From: a virus
Taxonomy: Duplodnaviria; Caudoviricetes
Strand: one strand, 5' to 3'
Virus record (IMG/VR): IMGVR_UViG_3300031801_000852
Span: 1 to 54,985 of that record
DNA: 54,985 nucleotides
Below the pieces are notes generated by a model. That model saw only the letters and a list, made by a program, of their open reading frames with translations, was not told where the DNA came from and ran no database searches. Shown here one piece after another: positions 45,103 to 54,259 of the stretch. Made by a program: the position numbers and the translations under genes. Position 1 is the stretch's first letter; every line of letters begins with the position of its first letter.

Positions 45103-45750
45103 TTATAAACTTGACATAAACTGGTTAAAGGCTTTTAGTTGATATTGATCTAATTGCTTTTGACTAGTTATTTTCATTTCTTTTTCGATTCGGGCAATAT
45201 GGCGTTCATCTAGAATACCATTATCCCATATCCACTCTTTTCCTTCCATAATACCATTGACAAATGCCGCTGGTGCAGAAGGATCGGCAACAATATCTGC
45301 AGCTGTTGCAAGATAAAAATCATCTTGTACGTGACTACAATTGCGACCCACAGGCTTTAAGGAGCCCATTCCTCTGGATGAGACACCCAAACGGGCACCC
45401 TCATCGATAAGGTTCTTTACAATTTTACCATAAGGAGTATCCATAATCTTGGCTCGACCTACGTAATTGTCTCCATCCTCTTTAAGTTCTTGTATCATGT
45501 GGGAGACTCTTTCCAAATTGACAGTCGGTCCTTCTGGATGTCCTAGTTCTCCAAACGCTCTGTTTTGTAGAATATAATTTTGGTGATATCTCTTAGCTTC
45601 TTTTTGTAATATTGCTTTTGGATATACTCGACCATTGCGATTCTTCACATTGGCCTGCATGAATACACCCTCAATGAAATAATTTTTTGATTTTCCGGCG
45701 CCTTCACATATAAATTCTACATCTTCTAATTGTTCGCATATAAGTCTCAT
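45103..45750 (-). CDS. gp21: prohead protease
   Basis: NRNGRVY, GELGHP, GVSSRGMGS, DIVADPSAP. Confidence 0.97.
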   Translation of the reverse strand: MRLICEQLEDVEFICEGAGKSKNYFIEGVFMQANVKNRNGRVYPKAILQKEAKRYHQNYILQNRAFGELGHPEGPTVNLERVSHMIQELKEDGDNYVGRAKIMDTPYGKIVKNLIDEGARLGVSSRGMGSLKPVGRNCSHVQDDFYLATAADIVADPSAPAAFVNGIMEGKEWIWDNGILDERHIARIEKEMKITSQKQLDQYQLKAFNQFMSSL

Positions 45751-45763
45751 TAAATTTCTCCTA

Positions 45764-46483
45764 TCATGTGAAATTACCTTTTAAGTAGTCTACTTTATAG
45801 CCCAATGAAGTATTTTCTTCATATGCTGGGATGTCAAAGCCTGGTGCTTGTTTCTTCAATTCCATTATAATCGTATATGAATCACCAGATGCATGTCCGG
45901 TTGTGGAAAATTGAATATCACCCAAAACTTCAGAAGAATCTCCAGTTGCGTTTATTCCAATTCCCGGCCATTCATTTCCTGGCATAGACCAACTTCCATT
46001 ACCTGATAATTCTGCAATATATTTTTCTGCTGTAGATCCGTCCCATTCAATTGCAACTTGTAGGCCATTTGTAATCCACATTATTTTAGTAACTAATACA
46101 TTCCACTCTAGGCCCGTCAAGTTACCACTATTTGCAAGAGTTCTTGTATTAGCTCCTGATACTGCACCACTAATTGCATCTCCATTGGAACTGGTAGTTA
46201 GGATACTTGTTGCTTTTTTGTTCGTATTATCCCATCCAACAACTTCTACTGTGGATGCACCGGCTGTAAAACCTGTAACAAGAAAATGTTCAGTAGCAGC
46301 GGTTGTTATTACTTCGCCAATCTTAAAATTTGGACTTGCCGCTCCAGAAAGCGTCATAGTATGTTTCGCCCAAGCGAGTGTCGATAAATCTACTTTCTTA
46401 ACATCTGATTCTGATGCATCAGAAAAAAACTTCATAATCACTTTACGTTCTGAATCTAATAGCGTTTGTGTTTCAGCTGCCAT
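45764..46483 (-). CDS. hypothetical protein in the head operon
   Basis: 239 aa ORF between gp67-like and gp21. Confidence 0.75.
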   Translation of the reverse strand: MAAETQTLLDSERKVIMKFFSDASESDVKKVDLSTLAWAKHTMTLSGAASPNFKIGEVITTAATEHFLVTGFTAGASTVEVVGWDNTNKKATSILTTSSNGDAISGAVSGANTRTLANSGNLTGLEWNVLVTKIMWITNGLQVAIEWDGSTAEKYIAELSGNGSWSMPGNEWPGIGINATGDSSEVLGDIQFSTTGHASGDSYTIIMELKKQAPGFDIPAYEENTSLGYKVDYLKGNFT

Positions 46484-46685
46484 CTGTTACTTCCTCTTGA
46501 CTTTCCGGCTCTTTCGAGTCTGTATTCGGTTTAGTTAAAAAAGTTTTAGCGAAATCCTTTTTCTTACTTTCTAATGATACCATCACTTTTTGTTGAAGTA
46601 CATCACCTATTGCGGTCTTTACTCCTGCAGCATCATCTGATCTAGAAAATGCTACGATATCACCAATTGTAGTTTCATTAGACAT
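46473..46685 (-). CDS. prohead core protein, gp67-like
   Basis: Size and position right after the portal gene. Confidence 0.6.
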   Translation of the reverse strand: MSNETTIGDIVAFSRSDDAAGVKTAIGDVLQQKVMVSLESKKKDFAKTFLTKPNTDSKEPESQEEVTDGS

Positions 46686-46709
46686 AAATTTCCTCTATTA
46701 TTTCTGTTA

Positions 46710-46726
46710 TATTTATACTATTTATA
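46710..46726 (-). promoter_or_regulatory. tandem T4 late promoters
   Basis: TATAAATA at 46710-46717 and 46719-46726. Confidence 0.75.
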
Positions 46727-46730
46727 AATT

Positions 46731-48308
46731 TTAGTTACTAATCACCTTTAAGTCTGGCTTGTTTGCTGAAGGATCAAATTCCCATTGTTGATCTTCTGAT
46801 TCTCCTCCACCTTCAGCGGCCGCAGCTTCCGCTTTCTCTGCTGCAATCTGTTCTTTCATATTGTCAATTTCTTCTTGAGACAATTTAAGAACGTGCTTAT
46901 TGATATATTCTTGAGAGAAATATTTACCAACAACTTCATCTCTATATCCCATATCATTTACTAATGTACCTAACCGTTCTCTCATCATTGTTGCTTGTTG
47001 TAGTTCCGCAAAATGTGAATCCGATTCCCACTCGTATATTATATTATCCCTTACAATTCCCCAATCCACAGAAGAAACAATTCCCTTGAGTAATAACTGT
47101 TTCTCTATGAGATCATTGAACAAAATATTAAATCGGGCTCTCAATCTTTCAATAAAACGTGTAAATTTAACTTCATCTCTAGAAATTTCTTCAGCTCGTC
47201 CTAGTATAAAGCCTGAATCTTGTTCTAACCTTGAGGGGGGAACATTGAGTGCTTTGTATAGTTTTGTTTTGAAGTAATCAACATCAGCCAATTCACCAAG
47301 ATTCTCCCCTCCCGGCAACGTAGAAATCTCTGTACCTCTTCCACCTTCTCTTCGTGGAAGCCAATAATCCTCTAACATACTCATGTGCTTACGTTCATCT
47401 TTAATCTCACCAGTATTGGAATCATATACCAATTTGTTTTTATATTTGCTCATGATATCACGTAGATACTGTTCCGCTTTGATCTTAGGTAAGTTACCAA
47501 CATCAATGTAGAAAATTCTACGTTCAGGAGCACGTGAAATACGATAGATAACTACCGCATCTTCTAACATTCGTAATTGATTTAAGGGTTTGATTGCTTT
47601 ATGTAGATGACTTAAAACTAATTTTCTATCGGGATCTAATATACCAGAATGTGCATAAGAGATAGAATCAGCTGCAATTTGAACTGTCATACCTCCAGAT
47701 TGAGCGGTAGAAATTCCTCTTTCATTAAATAAGTAATACTCTTGAAATCCAGAAGTATCTATCACTGCTGTGCCGTGTGCATCTTGAGCAACTTTTGGTT
47801 CTCTAACCTTTTTTATTTTTAGGGGATCTATTGAGCGTAGTTCTAATATACCACGTTTGGGGTTTTTATTATCAATGATAATGTGAAAATACAATCTACC
47901 ATCAACATACCACTTTTTAAACATTTCATAACCAACTTTACGAAAATCGAGCAAACGAATCAGTTCTTTAAATTCGTACTTTACCTTTTCTTTAATATCA
48001 TCTGATAGATTTGATTTTTCTAGGCTAATGCTGACAGGAGAGTTTTCCCTATTTGTAACAACGGCCTCATTAACAACATCATCTATTGCTTGATCACATT
48101 CAGGAAATGTAGCCATCTCCCTATATTTTCTAATTAATTCTAATTCATTTTTGGCATGACCTTCCATGTCAACATACGTACCGTATGCTCCACCGGAGGG
48201 GCCAATTTCAACTGCTCCGTCTTCTGGATCAGGAAGTGCAAAAGATTCTTTATTCTTTGCGTCCTTGTCAACTCTTCCTATAGAAAATCCAAATAATTCA
48301 ACTGCCAT
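46731..48308 (-). CDS. gp20: portal protein
   Basis: WYVDGR, IYRISRAPERRIFYIDVGNLPK, EDYWLPRREGGRGTEI. Confidence 0.98.
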   Translation of the reverse strand: MAVELFGFSIGRVDKDAKNKESFALPDPEDGAVEIGPSGGAYGTYVDMEGHAKNELELIRKYREMATFPECDQAIDDVVNEAVVTNRENSPVSISLEKSNLSDDIKEKVKYEFKELIRLLDFRKVGYEMFKKWYVDGRLYFHIIIDNKNPKRGILELRSIDPLKIKKVREPKVAQDAHGTAVIDTSGFQEYYLFNERGISTAQSGGMTVQIAADSISYAHSGILDPDRKLVLSHLHKAIKPLNQLRMLEDAVVIYRISRAPERRIFYIDVGNLPKIKAEQYLRDIMSKYKNKLVYDSNTGEIKDERKHMSMLEDYWLPRREGGRGTEISTLPGGENLGELADVDYFKTKLYKALNVPPSRLEQDSGFILGRAEEISRDEVKFTRFIERLRARFNILFNDLIEKQLLLKGIVSSVDWGIVRDNIIYEWESDSHFAELQQATMMRERLGTLVNDMGYRDEVVGKYFSQEYINKHVLKLSQEEIDNMKEQIAAEKAEAAAAEGGGESEDQQWEFDPSANKPDLKVISN

Positions 48309-48329
48309 ACATTCTTCCTAATAGGTGAA

Positions 48330-48355
48330 ATGGGAGTGGATTGCACCACTCCCAT
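48330..48355 (-). terminator. 10 bp hairpin between gp19 and gp20 (terminator or processing site)
   Basis: ATGGGAGTGG-6 nt-CCACTCCCAT with a weak U tail. Confidence 0.6.
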
Positions 48356-48391
48356 ATAAAATTGTTTTCTTCATAATAAATCAAATAATTA

Positions 48392-48946
48392 TTAGTTACC
48401 AGCGACAGTTCCACCAGATTCGTTTAAACCTATCCAATAATTATATTCCCATGTTATAGCAAAGGTTTGAATTTCATTAGTTTCCCATGATAGAGGAACT
48501 TCTGCACAAGAGGAGGGCCAGGCATCAATAAATTCATAAGTTTTAACTGCTCCCTGATCTTCTTTTGAAAGCTGTTTAACCGTCAATTTACCAGTATACT
48601 TAGTGACAGCGGACATACCTGTTTGTCTACTATTCGTTCTATGAGAATTAATCTTCTCCATCCAGTTTTCAATATGATTTCTGATTTCCATCCCCTCATC
48701 ATTATAAACATCTGTATTTAATTGTTGTGCGGCTCTATTACCAGGAATTTGTAAAGCTCTTCCCATGTATGTAATAGTTCCCGCCTCTATGGTTGAAGCT
48801 GGGAGCACTGCACCTTTACACATAAATTTAAAGTCTGCAATAGTCATCCCTGTACCTTTAGCGGCATCAAGGCTACATTCAAATAAACTTCCTAATGCAC
48901 CACCTCTTTTGAAATTTGAGGTAAATGTGTCGATGTTAAATGACAT
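48392..48946 (-). CDS. gp19: tail tube protein
   Basis: FMCKGAVLPAS, YMGR...PGNR, YNDE, AWPS. Confidence 0.93.
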   Translation of the reverse strand: MSFNIDTFTSNFKRGGALGSLFECSLDAAKGTGMTIADFKFMCKGAVLPASTIEAGTITYMGRALQIPGNRAAQQLNTDVYNDEGMEIRNHIENWMEKINSHRTNSRQTGMSAVTKYTGKLTVKQLSKEDQGAVKTYEFIDAWPSSCAEVPLSWETNEIQTFAITWEYNYWIGLNESGGTVAGN

Positions 48947-49043
48947 TGTTTTTTTCTCCGATGACTAAAATTAAAGATGTGATGGGGAAGTCTTTTTTAC
49001 AAGTACTTCCTTCGAAAGTCATCGTCTTCCCCCATCTTTTAAA

Positions 49044-49051
49044 TATTTATA
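49044..49051 (-). promoter_or_regulatory. T4 late promoter for gp19
   Basis: Exact TATAAATA. Confidence 0.75.
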
Positions 49052-49067
49052 TACTATTATTTATCGG

Positions 49068-51257
49068 TTATCCACCGGTAATTTCTTCAAATTCAACACC
49101 GCTTCTAACTGCAACAAATTGTAGTTGTATGAAGTTAATTGAACGAGATGGTTTTATATAGATGTCTCCACGAAATTCGTTTCGATCTACTACATCTCCG
49201 GGATTATTACCCTCATCACAAACAACTGAAAAGTCTTGAACTCCACCTCTCCCTTGAATATCTCTCAAGAAAGGTTCAACAGTTGCAACGAACCTAGATC
49301 GTGTAAATGCATCGTTGAATTCAAACAAGAAGGAATTGGCCATAATCGCGATTGATTTTTCCAAAAGGATAAACAGTCGTCTTACGTTAATACGATCAAA
49401 TGCACTTGGTTTTGCTAATAATGTTTTATCCCCAAAAAGAAGTATTCCACTTCCCGGCATTGCTGTAACAGGATTAATACCATTTTTATAAAGATCATCC
49501 CTTTGTGTCTTATTTGGACTAAAAGGAAGTTTAATGGCATTACGAATATTACCACGATCTATTCCTGCTGGTGACCAGAAGGGATCACGTGCTTCATCTG
49601 TAAAGGCACAACATCCTGCAACATCCCCATTTAATGGAACATATCTGAACACATCATTGTACTTATCATACATGTATTTCCATCCAGAGTCAAGTACTGC
49701 GTATGAAGAACTTGGCATTGAATTACGGAAAGATATAACGTCATTAACTTCGCTTCCTGAGTTATTAACAACATTTGCTTGTGTAGGTGAAATAAATGCC
49801 ACACAATCCTTACGATATTCGGCAATATTATTAATTGCATAAATGGCTGTTGCTGCATCGGCATCACCAGTCATCAGTAGTGTTACATCTACTTCTTCAG
49901 TATTTTTGTATTCATCAAGAGCGGTTTGAATATTACCAGCAGTTGCTGCAGTTCCTGCAGTTCCACCAGTTAGACTTCCAGAAACGATAATTCCTTTAGC
50001 GTTAAATGTACCACTCGCGACTCCACCCCAATCGGTTGTTCCACCATCAAGAAGTGCATCTGCATCACCATCTGGGTGATGATCCATCCAACGGAGATAC
50101 TTTGAACCTCTATTAACTAAATCTTTGTAATAGATACTCTGTCCATCTTCACCTTTGGCTCCACCGGCAACTGATCCTGTATATGATTCCACTACAGTAT
50201 TGTTTGCTCCAGTAAATTCTCCATCTTCATCTACAACAGCAATATGAATCTCATCATAGTTTCCGCTATTTCGTTTGGCATGAGATGAGGTAACGGGCTC
50301 ACTATCGAATGCGTCTGCATATTCCCATCTTCGTGAATGAGTGTTTGCGACTGCTGCAGCAACAAAAGGTACTGTAACTGTCATGGAAGTTGAATTAGCA
50401 ATTGCCGAAATCTTACGTTCTTCATTGATTCCAACAAGTTTAACAAGATCACCTACAGTATATTGAGTATCAAGTGCTGTAGATGTTCCTGTTATTGTGC
50501 TTCCATTAGCTGAACAAGCAACTGTTCCAATCATTTGAGCTGCGGGTTCACCGAATGCTGATCTTTTCTTACGAGTAGCGGCAGCTCCGCTGGCCATACT
50601 TGCGGCACCGATTGCCTGACATTCTATATCGGATGTAACTGTAGTGATTACAGCATATTTACTATCAAACCAAATAACATCACCAACAGAAAGTTCAGCA
50701 CGAAAAGTTGTTCCTACTCCTGTAAGAGTAGTATTTCCAACTGCATATACAATAGAAGTTCCAACTGTAAGCGAAACATCTGTATTACTGTTAAGTGTTC
50801 CATCATTATTTGTATTTGCTCTTGTGGCACCACACATGGAAACTCTTAAACTGTTTCCAAGATCTCCTGGATATTTTGCAATGAATGCTCCAGCAGTGGT
50901 GACTAGTGATCCGCCCATGTCTGGGTCGTATGTATTCTCATAGTGTTCATCATTTTTTACTTGTAGTGCGGTGGTCATTGCTGCATTATTTGCATCTGTT
51001 CCACTTGCACGAACTACTTTAAGATTTCCCGAATATGCGAGATAACTTGCAGCAGTGAAAAATGTTTTATATGTGGCTGCGTTTGGTTTACCAAAGCGAC
51101 TTGTTAATTCTGATTCATTACTGACTGTAACGCGATCATACGTAGGTCCCCACTTAAAAGGACCGGCGATTGCGCCTTCTGTCATAGAAATTTCAGGTAC
51201 AATAGTTGTTAAGTCAATTTCTTTGGTTACAACGCCTGGACTAATTGTAAAAGGCAT
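49068..51257 (-). CDS. gp18: tail sheath protein
   Basis: SPGVVTKEIDLT, WSPAG..RG, FDRINVRRLF, IKPSRSINFI. Confidence 0.97.
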   Translation of the reverse strand: MPFTISPGVVTKEIDLTTIVPEISMTEGAIAGPFKWGPTYDRVTVSNESELTSRFGKPNAATYKTFFTAASYLAYSGNLKVVRASGTDANNAAMTTALQVKNDEHYENTYDPDMGGSLVTTAGAFIAKYPGDLGNSLRVSMCGATRANTNNDGTLNSNTDVSLTVGTSIVYAVGNTTLTGVGTTFRAELSVGDVIWFDSKYAVITTVTSDIECQAIGAASMASGAAATRKKRSAFGEPAAQMIGTVACSANGSTITGTSTALDTQYTVGDLVKLVGINEERKISAIANSTSMTVTVPFVAAAVANTHSRRWEYADAFDSEPVTSSHAKRNSGNYDEIHIAVVDEDGEFTGANNTVVESYTGSVAGGAKGEDGQSIYYKDLVNRGSKYLRWMDHHPDGDADALLDGGTTDWGGVASGTFNAKGIIVSGSLTGGTAGTAATAGNIQTALDEYKNTEEVDVTLLMTGDADAATAIYAINNIAEYRKDCVAFISPTQANVVNNSGSEVNDVISFRNSMPSSSYAVLDSGWKYMYDKYNDVFRYVPLNGDVAGCCAFTDEARDPFWSPAGIDRGNIRNAIKLPFSPNKTQRDDLYKNGINPVTAMPGSGILLFGDKTLLAKPSAFDRINVRRLFILLEKSIAIMANSFLFEFNDAFTRSRFVATVEPFLRDIQGRGGVQDFSVVCDEGNNPGDVVDRNEFRGDIYIKPSRSINFIQLQFVAVRSGVEFEEITGG

Positions 51258-51320
51258 CTTATCTCTCCTATAGATAAAGTTGAAAGATTATGGTTTATAA
51301 ATTTTCTACCATATTACTTT

Positions 51321-51356
51321 TATTTATCTTTTTACAGTTCTCTAAAATCATAAATA
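51321..51356. promoter_or_regulatory. divergent late-promoter-like octamers
   Basis: GATAAATA on minus toward gp18; CATAAATA on plus toward the HNH-like gene. Confidence 0.5.
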
Positions 51357-51387
51357 TTAAGTGTTATCATAAATTTATAAAGGGCAT

Positions 51388-51888
51388 ATGAATTACAAAG
51401 AAACATATAAGCTAATAGACAATAAAAAAATAAAAGAACGATTTCTTAAAAAAGTTGATCGTTCCGAAAAAAATACAGAATGTCATATCTGGCTTGCTTC
51501 AAAAAATAAAACAGGTCATGGAATGTTTTCTGTAATGGGAAAAACTATTCCTGCTAGTAGATATGCATTTATGATGTATGGTAATTTCTCATCAATTTCT
51601 GGAATGAGAGGTGAACTGACACCCAGTGAAGTAGTAACTCAAACATGCTTTAATCCATCTTGTGTAAATCCCAAACACCTTGAAGTATCCGATAAAAGAA
51701 AGATAGGAAAAAGATTATCTATCCGTCCAGACCAATTAGTTACTGGTTCTCTAAGTTTTTTAAACAGATTAAAAAAGGAAAGACCTGATCTATCTAATAA
51801 AATTGAAGATTTAATAACAGAAATAAACAATCCACCTACTGAAGTTAATTTTGCGGATATAGATCCATTTAGTAATATAGCCTCCTAG
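51388..51888 (+). CDS. HNH/His-Me finger homing-endonuclease-like protein, degenerate active site
   Basis: CHIW...GHGMF...ASRYAF...VTQTCFNPSCVNPKHL. Confidence 0.72.
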   Translation: MNYKETYKLIDNKKIKERFLKKVDRSEKNTECHIWLASKNKTGHGMFSVMGKTIPASRYAFMMYGNFSSISGMRGELTPSEVVTQTCFNPSCVNPKHLEVSDKRKIGKRLSIRPDQLVTGSLSFLNRLKKERPDLSNKIEDLITEINNPPTEVNFADIDPFSNIAS

Positions 51889-53500
51889 CGTCATCATCCA
51901 CCGTCCACACAGTACCTTCATTATCCTTAAAGGTTTCCTCTTCCTGTCCATCATCTATAATTCCAAACGGCAACATGTCTTGCTCTAGAGTTTCCATTTG
52001 TTCTTCCCACATTTTCTTTCGTATATCCATATTTGTTAACTCCTTAAAATATCTCTGTTGTACTAGCCACCCAAATATAACAAGAGTCATTGCTAGATCA
52101 TCATGTGAACCCTCTTCTGCTTGATATGTATTATTTGTTAAAGCAAAGGTTGTGAGTTCTCTAATTGTTTCAAAATCTGGTAAGAGTAATTGATCTTGTT
52201 CTATCAAATCTTTTAGAGTTGCACACCCTATCCTCTTGATCTGTTTACTAGTTCTTAATCCTAATTGAATGTTCTTTGCGAATCCACCACCAATCTGTTG
52301 TCCCGCTCTACCTCTCATTGTAATAATCATTATGTTTTCGTACTCTAAATCATAATGTAGAGTATCCGCGACTTGAGAACCAATATCATTTACCTCAACC
52401 AAAACATGAGCCTGATTATACTTATTCCCCACATTGAAAATTATATTTGGATATAACATAGGAGAAATAGTATTATCTCTAAATTTTGCTACTTGTTTGT
52501 ACGGCATTCCGGAAACATCGAATACATTAAATGCAGAATAATCTAACCCCTTTCCCTGAGCAGTATCGGCTACCAATGCATATGTATGATTTTTTATTGG
52601 TTCTTCATAAACATCTAAATTATTATTAGAATGAATTGGAGTCTTAAATACCAACGTTCTAAGCTTTGATGGAGCAATTAATGTATACGTTGATCCCACA
52701 AATTCACATTCAAACTCTTGAGTGAACTGTACTTCAGAAGTATTACGTATTGTTTCTATTTTCCATTTTTCATCACGTCCTGGCATTTCCGACCAATGTA
52801 CCTCTATCGGCACATAATCATTTCTATTCTCTATTGATTCGATCCACATTTTGTAAAACATATTCATACCAAGTGGAGTTGAAACGATTAGAACTTTGGT
52901 GGATTCACCAGAAGAAATTGTAGGATAAACAGAGGTGAAGAATTGTTCTGCTATGTTTTGTGGTACGTGTGCAAACTCATCAAGAAAAATAATATTGAAT
53001 GAACTACCACGAACAGCAGAACTAGAAGTTGCTGCAGCAATAACCTTAGATCCATTTTCTACTTCAATGTTTCCTTTGTTCCATACAACTGCGCCTTGCT
53101 GTAACCATTTGGGCAAATGTTCATATGCGAGTTGTAATCTAGAAAGAAGTTCTCTCGCCACCGCTCCTTTGTTAGCAAGGATAGCAACGTTAACACTTTC
53201 ATTGAACAGAATGTAATGGAGAAGAAAGGCGATGATTGTGGTAGACTTGCCGGTTTGTCTAGGCATTTTACAGATCACAAAACGATTATCATTGAACTTA
53301 TGTATCATATCTTTTTGATAATCATACATCTCAAATGGTACAAGTCCCTTATCTACATGAACAATTTTAACAAAATTGCGTATGAAGTGTTCAGGGGTTT
53401 CCTTACATTTCATATATTCTGTAAGAGTCTCTTCTGTCCACTTTATTTTTTGTCCAACATTTTTGAGGTTGGGATTTCCCAAATACGTTTCGCTAGCCAC
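51869..53500 (-). CDS. gp17: terminase large subunit
   Basis: YLGNPNLK, PRQTGKST, LDEFAH, VSTPLG, HDDLAM. Confidence 0.98.
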   Translation of the reverse strand: MASETYLGNPNLKNVGQKIKWTEETLTEYMKCKETPEHFIRNFVKIVHVDKGLVPFEMYDYQKDMIHKFNDNRFVICKMPRQTGKSTTIIAFLLHYILFNESVNVAILANKGAVARELLSRLQLAYEHLPKWLQQGAVVWNKGNIEVENGSKVIAAATSSSAVRGSSFNIIFLDEFAHVPQNIAEQFFTSVYPTISSGESTKVLIVSTPLGMNMFYKMWIESIENRNDYVPIEVHWSEMPGRDEKWKIETIRNTSEVQFTQEFECEFVGSTYTLIAPSKLRTLVFKTPIHSNNNLDVYEEPIKNHTYALVADTAQGKGLDYSAFNVFDVSGMPYKQVAKFRDNTISPMLYPNIIFNVGNKYNQAHVLVEVNDIGSQVADTLHYDLEYENIMIITMRGRAGQQIGGGFAKNIQLGLRTSKQIKRIGCATLKDLIEQDQLLLPDFETIRELTTFALTNNTYQAEEGSHDDLAMTLVIFGWLVQQRYFKELTNMDIRKKMWEEQMETLEQDMLPFGIIDDGQEEETFKDNEGTVWTVDDDARRLYY

Positions 53501-53897
53501 GTTTTGCCTTTAAGAGTTTTTGTAATTCAGCGGTAGATCCCACAAATACTGCGTTATTAACATTAACATCACCACCTTTTTCTATACTTAGTTCTTTTTT
53601 GGTTTTATGTAGAGACATTAATTCTTTATTTGCATCTAATCCAGATTTGATTAATTGTCCGACTACTTCAAAAGCACGAGGATGTTCAGATTGTTTAGCA
53701 ATCTCCAACATTTCTTCTACTGCGTCTTGATTTCTTTCGATTAGATTGTAGTAATTTTCACGGGCATAATTATAATCAATGTCATCATCTTTACCTGTCT
53801 TTGGTATAATCCTTGCAGGGGGCTCAGGTGCCATTTCTGGAGTAGGAACTAAACTTGTAATTTCTAATATTTCATCTATACGATCATCAACTGTCAT
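53493..53897 (-). CDS. gp16: terminase small subunit
   Basis: DYNYAR, SEHPRAFEV, FVGSTAELQK. Confidence 0.93.
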   Translation of the reverse strand: MTVDDRIDEILEITSLVPTPEMAPEPPARIIPKTGKDDDIDYNYARENYYNLIERNQDAVEEMLEIAKQSEHPRAFEVVGQLIKSGLDANKELMSLHKTKKELSIEKGGDVNVNNAVFVGSTAELQKLLKAKRG

Positions 53898-54258
53898 CTT
53901 TCTTCTCCATATCAGGTTCTACATCATCATACCAAGACTGTCCAGTTTCTTTTAAACAATCATTAGCCAGAGGAGTAATAATATTATGTATTTCTAAAGG
54001 TGATTTTACTAAAAATTGTTTAGGGTTATGTTTTTTCCTAACCTTATCACATATACAAAAACATTGTTTAGATACATCTATTTCAGTTAATTTATGTTTT
54101 TTTCTTTTATATTTTGTAGTACCTAAAAAATGAATGGTTTCATAACAAGACTTAAACAACAATAAGATATCTTCAGTTTTATATACTTCTTTTTGGGCCG
54201 CGGAAACCGATGAAAAAGAAACCATCATTAAAATTACTAAAAGAATCCGAAAAAACAT
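53887..54258 (-). CDS. secreted Cys-containing hypothetical protein
   Basis: Signal peptide; C...CFCICD...C. Confidence 0.65.
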   Translation of the reverse strand: MFFRILLVILMMVSFSSVSAAQKEVYKTEDILLLFKSCYETIHFLGTTKYKRKKHKLTEIDVSKQCFCICDKVRKKHNPKQFLVKSPLEIHNIITPLANDCLKETGQSWYDDVEPDMEKKDDS

Positions 54259-54259
54259 T

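Noticed and set aside
48981-49036. Hammerhead ribozyme in the gp19 leader
   Set aside because: GATGA and GAA are present, but the CUGANGA/GAAA core and three-stem topology are not.
1145-53536. Numerous short plus-strand ORFs in the track
   Set aside because: They are antisense shadows of well-supported minus-strand genes; only 21132-21281 and 51388-51888 occupy their own space with motifs and promoters.
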